A stretch of 64,000 bases of DNA from positions 320,696 through 384,695 of the forward strand of contig CAWBPL010000002.1 of NCBI GenBank assembly GCA_963790805.1. The letters run 5' to 3'. The position numbers were made by a program, and so were the translations under genes. The stretch's first letter is position 1. The number at the start of each line of letters is the position of its first letter. The notes beneath the pieces were generated by a model. That model did no database searches. It saw only the letters and a program-made list of their open reading frames with translations, and was not told the DNA's origin. Origin of the DNA: Candidatus Gottesmanbacteria bacterium. GTDB taxonomy: Bacteria; Patescibacteriota; Microgenomatia; UBA10105; UBA927. Below, piece by piece: positions 47,776 through 56,614 of the stretch.

Positions 47776-49293
47776 ATGAAATTTATAGATAATTTTTTAA
47801 ATACTATAACGATGTATCGGCTTGTACTTTACGTGCTCATTAGCATTGTGGGCATCGCCACGCTTTTTGCATTTTTGGGTCTTCTACCGTTTAGCGGATT
47901 TGCGCTTCTTTTTTCTACCGCATTTTTATTATTTATCGGTTGGATCACAAATGCATTATTTGCTTCTGTCTTTTCAATACCCGCCAACGAGGAATCCGTC
48001 TACATATCGGCGCTCATTTTAGCTCTCATTATTTCTCCCATTACATCGTTTGGAGACTTACCTTTCCTGTTTTGGGCCGCTGTGTGGACCATGGCATCAA
48101 AATTTATCGTAGCCGCTTACAAAAAGCACGTGTTTAATCCGGTGGCATTCGCTGTTTTTTTAACCTCCATAACGATCAGCAAATCCGCAACGTGGTGGAT
48201 CGGCACTTCGAGCCTTTTACCGTTTGTCGTCATCGGAGGTTATTTGATAGCAAAAAAAATCCGGAGACTCGATTTAGTCGTAACATTTCTCGCTGCCTCG
48301 TTTATCACAATCGCTGGAATAAGTCTTGCGAATGGAACGAGCGTTCTCACGACTTTCCAAAAAACGCTTTTGGACACACCGTGGATATTTTTTGCGACGG
48401 TTATGCTCACTGAACCGCTGACAACCCCGCCAACAAAAACACTGCGTCTTCTCTATGGCGCACTCGTTGGGTTTCTTTTTGCACCTCAAATTCATCTTGG
48501 ATCACTCTATACCACACCCGAAAGCGCACTCCTCCTTGGAAATATATTCTCGTATATAGTAAGTCCGAAGGAAAAATTACTGCTAACGCTCAAAGAAAAA
48601 ATACGCATAGCGCCCAACATATATGATTTTGTTTTCAATTTAAAAAAGCCGATTTCTTTTAGACCCGGGCAATATATGGAATGGACGTTTGGCCATCCGA
48701 ATGCCGATAAACGCGGTAACAGACGGTATTTTACCCTCGCCTCTTCTCCAACGGAATTGACTATGCGTATTGGTGTTCGGTTTTATGACAAACCCAGCAG
48801 CTTTAAACAGTCACTTTTAGCTATGACTTCGACAACACCGATACTTGCCGGACAACTTGCGGGTGATTTTGTTCTTCCAAACGATCCAAAACAAAAAATT
48901 GTATTTATCGCAGGAGGCATCGGTGTAACACCCTACCGAAGCATGGTGAAATACCTTCTCGATACACACCAGTCACGGTCCATTATCCTACTGTATGCAA
49001 ATAAGACCGTCGATGAAATCGTCTACACAGACGTTTTTGAAGCAGCAAAAAAAACATTCGGCATGAAAACGGTGTATACCCTGACGGATAAAGATCGCGT
49101 CCCGCCCAACTGGTCCGGCTCCGTCGGACGGATAGATCCCAACAAAATTCAAACGGAAATCCCCGATTATAAAGAACGGATCTTTTATATATCGGGGCCC
49201 AATGCGCTCGTTACTTCTTTTGAAGAATTGTTGCGTTCAATGGGAATACCGCCTCAACAGATCAAAACTGATTTCTTTCCCGGCTTCGCATAA
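47776..49293 (+). CDS. fusion of an RnfD/NqrB-like membrane domain with an FNR-type FAD/NAD(P)-binding reductase
   Basis: The N-terminal 230 or so aa are polytopic (KHVFNPVAF). The C-terminus has RRYFTLAS (the RxYS FAD motif) and GGIGVTP (the NAD motif). Confidence 0.75.
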   Translation: MKFIDNFLNTITMYRLVLYVLISIVGIATLFAFLGLLPFSGFALLFSTAFLLFIGWITNALFASVFSIPANEESVYISALILALIISPITSFGDLPFLFWAAVWTMASKFIVAAYKKHVFNPVAFAVFLTSITISKSATWWIGTSSLLPFVVIGGYLIAKKIRRLDLVVTFLAASFITIAGISLANGTSVLTTFQKTLLDTPWIFFATVMLTEPLTTPPTKTLRLLYGALVGFLFAPQIHLGSLYTTPESALLLGNIFSYIVSPKEKLLLTLKEKIRIAPNIYDFVFNLKKPISFRPGQYMEWTFGHPNADKRGNRRYFTLASSPTELTMRIGVRFYDKPSSFKQSLLAMTSTTPILAGQLAGDFVLPNDPKQKIVFIAGGIGVTPYRSMVKYLLDTHQSRSIILLYANKTVDEIVYTDVFEAAKKTFGMKTVYTLTDKDRVPPNWSGSVGRIDPNKIQTEIPDYKERIFYISGPNALVTSFEELLRSMGIPPQQIKTDFFPGFA

Positions 49294-49556
49294 ACATGCG
49301 AAACATAATTTTTGCTTCTTATTTTTAAGCCTACTTTCAGGTTTGTACCCTATTCTCTATATGAAAGGAGGAAAGCCAATGATACATAACAGGTTTATGG
49401 TTTTAGGCTAAAAAGCAGATATGTTTCGTAGGTAAACACAATAAAACCAAGAACCTGAGTGATAAAAAGACAATTACATAAGGACCTCACGTATGTTTTG
49501 GGCGGGTTTAAGACGAGAGGTCGGTAGTTCCCAATCTACCAAATACAATTAAATAA

Positions 49557-49584
49557 CAGCGCCCGTTGACGCGTGGCGCTGTTT
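49557..49584 (+). terminator. hairpin, possible terminator
   Basis: CAGCGCC-N11-GGCGCTG followed by TTT. The U-tract is weak. Confidence 0.4.
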
Positions 49585-49669
49585 AGAACTTATTACGATA
49601 ATACTAAACTTCAGATTATTGTTTGTTTGTTAAAGCACCAAAACGTCATAGTGATATAATTTTGGCAAG

Positions 49670-50923
49670 GTGATTCAATTCCCTAATTTTCACAGCTTAC
49701 TCCAATTAAAAAACCAGATAGTATCTCATAAAATTCTGATTCTCGTCTCTGTGGTTGGCTTCATTTCTCTGATTGCATGTGGGATTCTCGCCGTTAAACT
49801 CAGAGAACATCTTCTATCTCAATTGAAAACAAACGATACTCCCGATGAAACGTATTTTGCCACCGGCTCCAGTGTTCCGAATTCAATTCTAAATAGTTTA
49901 TTACCCTCTCCTAAAAGTATTTTGGGTACTTCAAATGATTCGAGTTTGAATGACATCGGAAACACCGATACATCATTTACACCGACATCATATCCACTCC
50001 CTACGATTACCCCTGAACCAACCGTCGCCACCACGTACACATATTCCGCTCCTACCTGCGTCGGCACTCCCACAGTCGATAACTCGCAGGTCTATGTCTC
50101 TCCGAGTACAACACAGGTCAATAATCAGTCAACCATTTCCGTCGAGCTAGCGGATTGCAACAATACTATCGCGCCGGTTAGTGATACCCTAAAGATTGAG
50201 CTTGTAAGCGGCGACTCGAGTACAAAAATAAACGGTTCATCAGCTCCCGTCACTATAGAGACGCAAAATGGAAAAGTATCATTCTCAGTAAATTCATCAA
50301 ATGCCACGACAGCGACATTCCTTATCACTGACACCGTCCGGTCATTTACGGTAACGACGCCCGGCTACCACAACCCGAGCGTGACATTTACGAGCGGCAG
50401 TTCGGGTAGCTCAGGAAGCTCGACGAATGCGAATTGTACAACGTCAGCCGGTGCGCCAAACGGATGGTATTCTGACGTGTATCCGAATCCTCCTGTAACG
50501 ACGACAGGATCTGTCGGGCTACTGGTAGTTATACGCGACTGTTTTCAAAATCAAACAACGGTCTCTGACCAACTTAATATTTCAGTCACATCCGGAGATT
50601 CGGGTACGCAGATAAACGGAAACAGTCTCCCGTACACGCTATCCGCGCAAAACGGTCAGGCCAGCTTTAACGTTTCTTCTCAAATAAACGGTACGGTCAC
50701 GCTTGTCGTACAGGATACAACGAGCGGATTTACCATCACTGATAAAAATAATAATAATCCGAGTATAACGTTCAGCGGCTCATCAACCCCCGCAACAACA
50801 GATACACCCACACCTACTCCGGCATCAACTGATACTCCGACACCTACAGCTGCCGCTTCTGTGACGCCAACGCCTACTCCATCACCCACACCAACTCCAT
50901 CAGGTCCTACCGGTCCGACGTAA
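49670..50923 (+). CDS. cell-surface protein with two Ig-like repeats and a Pro/Thr-rich C-terminus
   Basis: GTG start, an N-terminal TM, two internally homologous modules of about 100 aa, and a TPTPTP tail. Confidence 0.7.
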   Translation: MIQFPNFHSLLQLKNQIVSHKILILVSVVGFISLIACGILAVKLREHLLSQLKTNDTPDETYFATGSSVPNSILNSLLPSPKSILGTSNDSSLNDIGNTDTSFTPTSYPLPTITPEPTVATTYTYSAPTCVGTPTVDNSQVYVSPSTTQVNNQSTISVELADCNNTIAPVSDTLKIELVSGDSSTKINGSSAPVTIETQNGKVSFSVNSSNATTATFLITDTVRSFTVTTPGYHNPSVTFTSGSSGSSGSSTNANCTTSAGAPNGWYSDVYPNPPVTTTGSVGLLVVIRDCFQNQTTVSDQLNISVTSGDSGTQINGNSLPYTLSAQNGQASFNVSSQINGTVTLVVQDTTSGFTITDKNNNNPSITFSGSSTPATTDTPTPTPASTDTPTPTAAASVTPTPTPSPTPTPSGPTGPT

Positions 50924-51006
50924 TAATTACGGTATTCACAAAAATGAAAATGCTTCTTTGAAAAGTCTTTAGAAATTAAATCAGCTCGTTTTCTTCTTAA
51001 AACGTT

Positions 51007-51831
51007 TTATATATGAATTTTTTCCCGCCGCCTCATAAACAAAAAATATATCACTGCTATATAAACTATCATGATACCCAATCGCACGCCGCTAAATCCC
51101 TGATCTAAGCCGAACAAACCCTGAAGGATATGGCCAATAAAACTGTCCTCTCCAGGTAAGAATTGAAGATGAAACGACAACATGCCGGAAAGCGATATAC
51201 CAAAATGTGTTTGAAGCAACTTCGTAATACCGTTCTGGACAAGAGAAGCCCCTAATAGAATAATCATGTATTCGGTCACTTTAAATACCTTTCCTATTGG
51301 AAACCGGATGTACGCCACAAATGTTGCAAGCCCCAATATGGATGCGCCGGCAAATCCGATCATAAGTCCGATAAAATTCTGCATAAATGCCGAGAAGAGT
51401 GAAACACTGGCGGTAAATAACGCTACCTCAAATCCTTCCCGAATAACCAAAAATACAATCGTGAAAAAAAGGGATACATCGAACGCGTTCTGTCGTAGCT
51501 TCTGATGCGCCCGAATAAGACTGTCGCCTCTGCTTTTCCGAAGGACCGTATGAAGGGAAAACACGACATAAGCAATAAAGAGTCCAGAAAAGATAAGAAG
51601 ATAGCTTTCCAAAAAATCTGCATTTTTCTCCGTTAATATACCCCGAGCGTAACTCCCAAAAACATACGTACCGGTGGCCATCAATAAGGATATAAGAATT
51701 CCAAGCGATGCCGCCAGCTCGATCTCCGGTTCTTTCTTTAGGTTCAATTTTCTTGAAACTCCTAAGAATACTCCAACAATAAGAAATGCTTCCAAAAACT
51801 CCCGAAAAGCGATCACAGCTGTGGTAAACAT
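51007..51831 (-). CDS. FTR1/EfeU-family iron permease
   Basis: Two RExxE motifs (REFLEA and REGFEV) in TM helices. Confidence 0.85.
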   Translation of the reverse strand: MFTTAVIAFREFLEAFLIVGVFLGVSRKLNLKKEPEIELAASLGILISLLMATGTYVFGSYARGILTEKNADFLESYLLIFSGLFIAYVVFSLHTVLRKSRGDSLIRAHQKLRQNAFDVSLFFTIVFLVIREGFEVALFTASVSLFSAFMQNFIGLMIGFAGASILGLATFVAYIRFPIGKVFKVTEYMIILLGASLVQNGITKLLQTHFGISLSGMLSFHLQFLPGEDSFIGHILQGLFGLDQGFSGVRLGIMIVYIAVIYFLFMRRREKIHI

Positions 51832-52018
51832 ATTTGTAATATACCTTACAAAGGTCTGATATGTCTACTAGATCCTGTCAGGATCGAAATTTTATAGGGA
51901 GCTGTATGATTAAAGTCAAATGGTGTATTAAAACTACTGCGGAATACTATTTATAGTATTAAAACCTACTTTAAAACCGCTGCTTTGTCTCCTGCACAAT
52001 TAAATTGTAACTTAATTG

Positions 52019-52471
52019 TTATAAATACTTAATCATCGGCTGATACACCGTCCCTTTACTTTTTATGAGTCGTGTCGACTTTTTGTATCCCATTTTTTTA
52101 TAAAAATTTTGAGCATATAAAGAAGAATGAACCACTATTTTCTTTGAGCCCCTACCTATAAATACTTCTTCTATTTTTTTTATCAATTTCGTCGCAATTC
52201 CCTGTTTTTGAAAACCTGTATCCACAAACAATCTTGTTATCAAAAAGTTATTTTTACCTTCAATTACACCCATTACTTTATTATCTGGGGATAGCGCTAT
52301 ATATTGATCTCTGTCTTTTGATCTTTCAATTATTTTCTCAGTAGACTGTTCTGATAGACAATATTGTATCGCCTTTTCTGTCCACCCTATCGCAACGAAT
52401 TCATTAAAAACTCTACAGATAAGATCGGAAGTTGTTTCTGCATCTGAAGCTATTAACTTTCGAATAATCAT
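52019..52471 (-). CDS. GNAT-family N-acetyltransferase
   Basis: The acetyl-CoA-binding segment FQKQGIATKLIKKIE. Confidence 0.85.
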   Translation of the reverse strand: MIIRKLIASDAETTSDLICRVFNEFVAIGWTEKAIQYCLSEQSTEKIIERSKDRDQYIALSPDNKVMGVIEGKNNFLITRLFVDTGFQKQGIATKLIKKIEEVFIGRGSKKIVVHSSLYAQNFYKKMGYKKSTRLIKSKGTVYQPMIKYL

Positions 52472-52556
52472 ATCTAATATAAACAGACGAACCCTATCTT
52501 TTTAGGTTCTAGTCCCTTTCTCACTTAGCCTTACCTCAAATCAATTCTTAAATCTG

Positions 52557-52643
52557 CGGAAGGGGCGGGATTTGAACCCGCGGTCACCTTGCGGCGACAC
52601 GCGCTCTCCAAGCGCGCGCACTAGACCACTATGCGACCCTTCC
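52557..52643 (-). tRNA. tRNA-Ser(GGA)
   Basis: GGAAGGG acceptor stem, the anticodon arm CGCGC-TTGGAGA-GCGCG, a long variable arm and the T arm CGCGGGTTCAAATCCCGC. Confidence 0.85.
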
Positions 52644-52892
52644 TCTAATTGTTTCTTCCAACAAATATTTTAATCGCTCTCTACCTTTACCCGATTTCAA
52701 AAACAATTCTTCAGATTCTGCGTCCCCTTTTGATATAAATGCTTCATAATATATAAGATTCCAAGGCTTCCCCCTATTAGTATAGTTAGATGTTCCGGCG
52801 TTATGTTCACGTAATCTCACTCTTAAATCACCAGTTAAACCAATATATTTCTTTTGCAACCTATCACTCCAAATAATATATACGTAAAACAT
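52629..52892 (-). CDS. GIY-YIG nuclease-family protein (UPF0213-like)
   Basis: FYVYIIWS...KYIGLTGDLRVRLREHN. Its last 15 nt overlap the 5' end of tRNA-Ser(GGA). Confidence 0.8.
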   Translation of the reverse strand: MFYVYIIWSDRLQKKYIGLTGDLRVRLREHNAGTSNYTNRGKPWNLIYYEAFISKGDAESEELFLKSGKGRERLKYLLEETIRGRVA

Positions 52893-52977
52893 GACCACTT
52901 CCGCCCAAGGCGGACTGATCCGCCGAGGCAAATTCTTAACCCGCCTCGGGCGGGATGCGACCCTTCCAATAGGTGAA

Positions 52978-53520
52978 TTATACCATCTGAAGAGGAAATT
53001 CTTTGAAAATCTCGTTCACGCTCCCATCGAGGCCGATGTTTACAAGATGGAGCGCTCGCGCTGTAAATTCAAACTTCACCATTTGCAGCTTTGATACAGC
53101 TTGTTTTGCGTCTTCCGCCTGATGAAAACGGGTAATGGTAATATGAGGCAAGAATATTTCACCGGCCACCGAGGATAATTTTTTTCCAAGCTTCCCTACA
53201 TCGGAAAAAATGCGGCGTTGGAGTGCCGCAATACCCTCGTCTTTATTCATTTCCAAAAAGAGAAACCGTTCAAATATTCGAAACGCCTTAGGCTGTACGG
53301 TAAACGGTGAAGTGGTCCGCGCAATAGATACTAGTTTCTCTTCCATAAACGTTAGGTTTTCCTCGGAATATTCGCCCTGATATAACGTGATATGTGGGTA
53401 AAAATGTTTCCCGTCGAGGACAAAATCTGTTTTGTATTCAGCAGCAATTTTGCGGCTCCACGCCATTGCCTGCTTGGCAACCGTCGGCGGCGGAAGAATA
53501 ACGATATTTCGGGTTACCAT
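52978..53520 (-). CDS. 2H phosphoesterase / 2'-5' RNA ligase (LigT-like)
   Basis: Two HxT motifs (HITLYQG and HITITRF). Confidence 0.75.
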   Translation of the reverse strand: MVTRNIVILPPPTVAKQAMAWSRKIAAEYKTDFVLDGKHFYPHITLYQGEYSEENLTFMEEKLVSIARTTSPFTVQPKAFRIFERFLFLEMNKDEGIAALQRRIFSDVGKLGKKLSSVAGEIFLPHITITRFHQAEDAKQAVSKLQMVKFEFTARALHLVNIGLDGSVNEIFKEFPLQMV

Positions 53521-53562
53521 ATATGCGGCGCGTTTACCGCGCTAATACAACGCTTAATTATG

Positions 53563-53634
53563 TGCTTCTGTGCAGAGTCGAACTGCAATCACACCCTTCG
53601 GAGGGGCGTATTCTATCCATTGAACTACAGAAGC
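53563..53634 (-). tRNA. tRNA-Arg(CCG)
   Basis: GCTTCTG acceptor stem, the anticodon arm CGCCC-CTCCGAA-GGGTG and the T arm TGCAG-TTCGACT-CTGCA. Confidence 0.85.
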
Positions 53635-53795
53635 TTCCGAGACAAAACCTATCGGTTTTTTCCCGACGATTTTCCCCAAGCCGTGTCGCAAAGCTATTCT
53701 CATCTGTATCGCACGCTTGCGACTATGTTAAATCTGTTATTTCGACTCGTTACCAAATCGTACGGAATTAAGCTTTCTTGGCGTATTATATCGCC
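53635..53795 (-). promoter_or_regulatory. promoter (GGCGATATAATACGCC) plus a structured leader of about 145 nt for tRNA-Arg(CCG)
   Basis: It is homologous in architecture to 55796-55957. Confidence 0.55.
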
Positions 53796-53805
53796 AATAG
53801 GGGAT

Positions 53806-54225
53806 TTAGGACAGTTTAGAGAGATCGCCGTTGAGGATGACGGGTCTCATAGCATAAAGCTCAAGTTCACAATACTCCATGGCGGGAATGGGATTCAAAA
53901 GGTAAATTTTTTTCCCAAGGTAAAACGCAATCCCCATTTCCAAAAACGTATTCCCGCCTATATAGCCAGCAATTTCCTTTTTATCGTAATTGGCTACCAG
54001 CACGACGTCGGACTGTTCAATTTTTCTGAAGTGTTCGCGGATAAAATCATATTTTGCCTCGGCGGCCAGTCGTTCCTCAACTGTTGCGGGTTTTTTAAAC
54101 GTTTTATTTTCCAATAAGTCAAAGCTCTTTGGCACCAGCACGGTGTGCCCCGATGCTTCAAGCGTATGTTGAAGCTGGCGCATTTCTTTATAAAAATTGA
54201 GGCTTCCGCAGATGGCAATGGTCAT
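53806..54225 (-). CDS. nucleoside 2-deoxyribosyltransferase-like protein
   Basis: MTIAICGSLNFY start and a 139-aa Rossmann-like pattern. Tentative. Confidence 0.5.
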   Translation of the reverse strand: MTIAICGSLNFYKEMRQLQHTLEASGHTVLVPKSFDLLENKTFKKPATVEERLAAEAKYDFIREHFRKIEQSDVVLVANYDKKEIAGYIGGNTFLEMGIAFYLGKKIYLLNPIPAMEYCELELYAMRPVILNGDLSKLS

Positions 54226-54242
54226 ACATGGGTACCTGCGTG

Positions 54243-55499
54243 TTAATTTTTTGTTACATCACGAATTGTTGAAATTAAAATATCTAACCCCTTATCTAAA
54301 ACTTCCTTTTGTATTGTTATCGGGGGAGCTAAATGAATATTACTTTCACTGTCGCAAACAATGTGAAGGTTATTTTCAAACGCTTGCTGCATAATTTTCA
54401 TTACTAATTCAGTATTTTTTTCTTTTGTTTGTTTCGTCTTCACTAAATCTAAACCGGTAAACATTCCTAATCCTCGAATATCTCCAACAAATGGATTATC
54501 CCGTAATTCCCTCCACAGCACATCGCGAATATATGTCCCCTTACTTTCCGCCTGCTCCCACACTTTATCGCGCTCGTGAATTTCCAGCGTCTTTGATGCA
54601 ATCGCACAGGCAACGGGATTCCAGCCAAAAGTGGATTGTAAATTGGAGCCAGCGTAGGTTTTTTCCGCTATTTCTTTCGTCGTCACCATAGCGGCAATTG
54701 CTGCTGATCCGTTCGATATGGCTTTAGCAAGCGTAACAATGTCCGGCTGAGCATGAAATCTGTGAACGGCAAACAGAGATCCTATTCTGGAAAAGCCGGT
54801 TCCAACTTCATCCAGAATCAACAGGGTACCGTACGTACGAGTTGTCCTTCGGATAAGCTCAATAAATCCTTTTGGAGCAACATAGGTAGTACCCCATCCG
54901 GTAATGATGCCTGCTTCAGTAATGACAGCGGCTATATCATTTTTCGATAGAATATTCTCCAATTGTTTTTCCAAGTCTCCCAGTAATTCCTGTTCAGATT
55001 TATCAGTTCTATACGTATTGGGATATTCCAAATGAACAATATCGTAACGTGGATCGGTCAGAGATGTCATCCATTCCTCTCGATAACTTAATGAAAGGGC
55101 ATTGATTGAACTACCATGAAACTGTTCGTAAAAACTGAGTATCTTTTTTCTTCCAGTAAATACTCGTGCTGTTTTTAGCGCCATCTCAACGGCTTCCATA
55201 CCTCCCGTGGCACGAGCAACTACGGATAAATTATTTCCTAAAGCTTGTGTGAGTTGTTTTGCATAATATTTTTGAGTGCTATCCAATGCCCACATGGGGG
55301 AATACGTGTTTTTTTTCATCTGGCGAATTCCGGCCTGAACGATCTCATCATTGTTCCACCCTAGGTTTACAACATTCCACCCCGCAGTAAAATCGATATA
55401 CTTATTGCCCGCTTCATCCCAAATATAACTATCTTTTGCTTTTTTTAGATTAAACCTCCATGCAGAAAATTTAGTAAATACAATGCCTTCTGTAATCAT
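54243..55499 (-). CDS. class III pyridoxal-phosphate-dependent aminotransferase
   Basis: LILDEV.TGF.R and the TLAKAISNG Lys motif. Confidence 0.9.
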   Translation of the reverse strand: MITEGIVFTKFSAWRFNLKKAKDSYIWDEAGNKYIDFTAGWNVVNLGWNNDEIVQAGIRQMKKNTYSPMWALDSTQKYYAKQLTQALGNNLSVVARATGGMEAVEMALKTARVFTGRKKILSFYEQFHGSSINALSLSYREEWMTSLTDPRYDIVHLEYPNTYRTDKSEQELLGDLEKQLENILSKNDIAAVITEAGIITGWGTTYVAPKGFIELIRRTTRTYGTLLILDEVGTGFSRIGSLFAVHRFHAQPDIVTLAKAISNGSAAIAAMVTTKEIAEKTYAGSNLQSTFGWNPVACAIASKTLEIHERDKVWEQAESKGTYIRDVLWRELRDNPFVGDIRGLGMFTGLDLVKTKQTKEKNTELVMKIMQQAFENNLHIVCDSESNIHLAPPITIQKEVLDKGLDILISTIRDVTKN

Positions 55500-55569
55500 A
55501 GTGAGGTCAGTATATCAAAAATAATCCGAACGTCCTACCAAAAAAATACTATTATGTACTATAAACCTG

Positions 55570-55658
55570 CGGAAAGGGCGAGATTCGAACTCGCGTAGGC
55601 TCTTTCGAACCTCCAAGGTTTTCGAGACCTGGCCGTTTAACCTCTCCGGCACCTTTCC
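55570..55658 (-). tRNA. tRNA-Ser(CGA)
   Basis: GGAAAGG acceptor stem, the anticodon loop CTCGAAA, a long variable arm and the T arm GCGAG-TTCGAAT-CTCGC. Confidence 0.85.
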
Positions 55659-55723
55659 CTTCGCCGTCAGAATGATCTCAGGGTAAACTATGTGCTTGCC
55701 CTGAGGAGTCTTCGACGAACGGG

Positions 55724-55795
55724 CGCTCCCGCGCAGAATCGAACTGCGATCAGAGGTTCCGCAAACCCCTATTCTATCCGTTAAACTACGGGAGC
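55724..55795 (-). tRNA. tRNA-Arg(GCG)
   Basis: GCTCCCG acceptor stem, the anticodon arm GGGGT-TTGCGGA-ACCTC and the T arm CGCAG-TTCGATT-CTGCG. Confidence 0.8.
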
Positions 55796-55957
55796 TTTCT
55801 GGGACGGAAACTACGTTTCCTTCCCAACGATCCTTTCTACCAATGAGTCACAAAGGGTTCAAACTCATATATCACACCTTTGTGACGATTTATAGCCATT
55901 TATTCACATCTCTTACTTGATGGTATGGATATCTGGCTTCTTGGCGTATTATACCGC
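55796..55957 (-). promoter_or_regulatory. promoter (GGCGGTATAATACGCC) plus a structured leader of about 146 nt for tRNA-Arg(GCG)
   Basis: See finding 53635-55957 (two tRNA-Arg leaders). It contains the 10-bp hairpin GTCACAAAGG...CCTTTGTGAC. Confidence 0.55.
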
Positions 55958-55977
55958 CATTTGAGGATAAACGAAAC

Positions 55978-56514
55978 TCAGGAGGTAGGCTTTTCAAGCG
56001 GTATTTTATCCGATAACCACGAGGCGGCGTTATCAACCCATGTTTTCTCTGGAACCTCGCGAAAAGGAATATATTTTGTCAGAAGTTCGCGAATCTTTTT
56101 TTGATTCTGACTACCCAAAAGAACAATAATTCTCGGCCCGTAGAGAGGACGCAGAATAAGCATCGTTTGTCCCCATTGTTCTTCAAACCAAAATTCAACA
56201 AGCTCATTCCATCGGTAAAAATGACCAGCGCTTTCCAAACCTAAGTTCGTGATACGATGTTCAACCTCTTCAGGCGGCACTGTCGAGAGCACGTAAATAA
56301 GAAAAACAATCGATACGACGGCTGCAATCAGCAGAAACTCCCGAGCAAACAGAAGTATGACGACCAAAAGAAATACAATAGCGCCAACATTTGTAAAATA
56401 CTCTTTATCCCGCTTCTTAAACAATCGTGAAGGAGAACTCCATGCAAGAAGAATCTCTTGCGACTTTTCAACTGGCTTCTTTACCGCATTGTCCATAAAT
56501 TCAGTATATACCAA
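55978..56514 (-). CDS. membrane protein, hypothetical
   Basis: 178 aa with two central TM helices. It starts 13 nt after tRNA-Ser(UGA). Confidence 0.5.
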   Translation of the reverse strand: MVYTEFMDNAVKKPVEKSQEILLAWSSPSRLFKKRDKEYFTNVGAIVFLLVVILLFAREFLLIAAVVSIVFLIYVLSTVPPEEVEHRITNLGLESAGHFYRWNELVEFWFEEQWGQTMLILRPLYGPRIIVLLGSQNQKKIRELLTKYIPFREVPEKTWVDNAASWLSDKIPLEKPTS

Positions 56515-56527
56515 TCACAGAAACCTG

Positions 56528-56614
56528 CGGAAGGGGTGGGATTCGAACCCACGAAGAGCTTGCGCCCTTACTAGTTTTCAAGACTAGCCTGATCGACCAC
56601 TCCAGCACCCTTCC
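56528..56614 (-). tRNA. tRNA-Ser(UGA)
   Basis: The anticodon arm CTAGT-CTTGAAA-ACTAG, a long variable arm and the T arm GTGGG-TTCGAAT-CCCAC. Confidence 0.85.
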
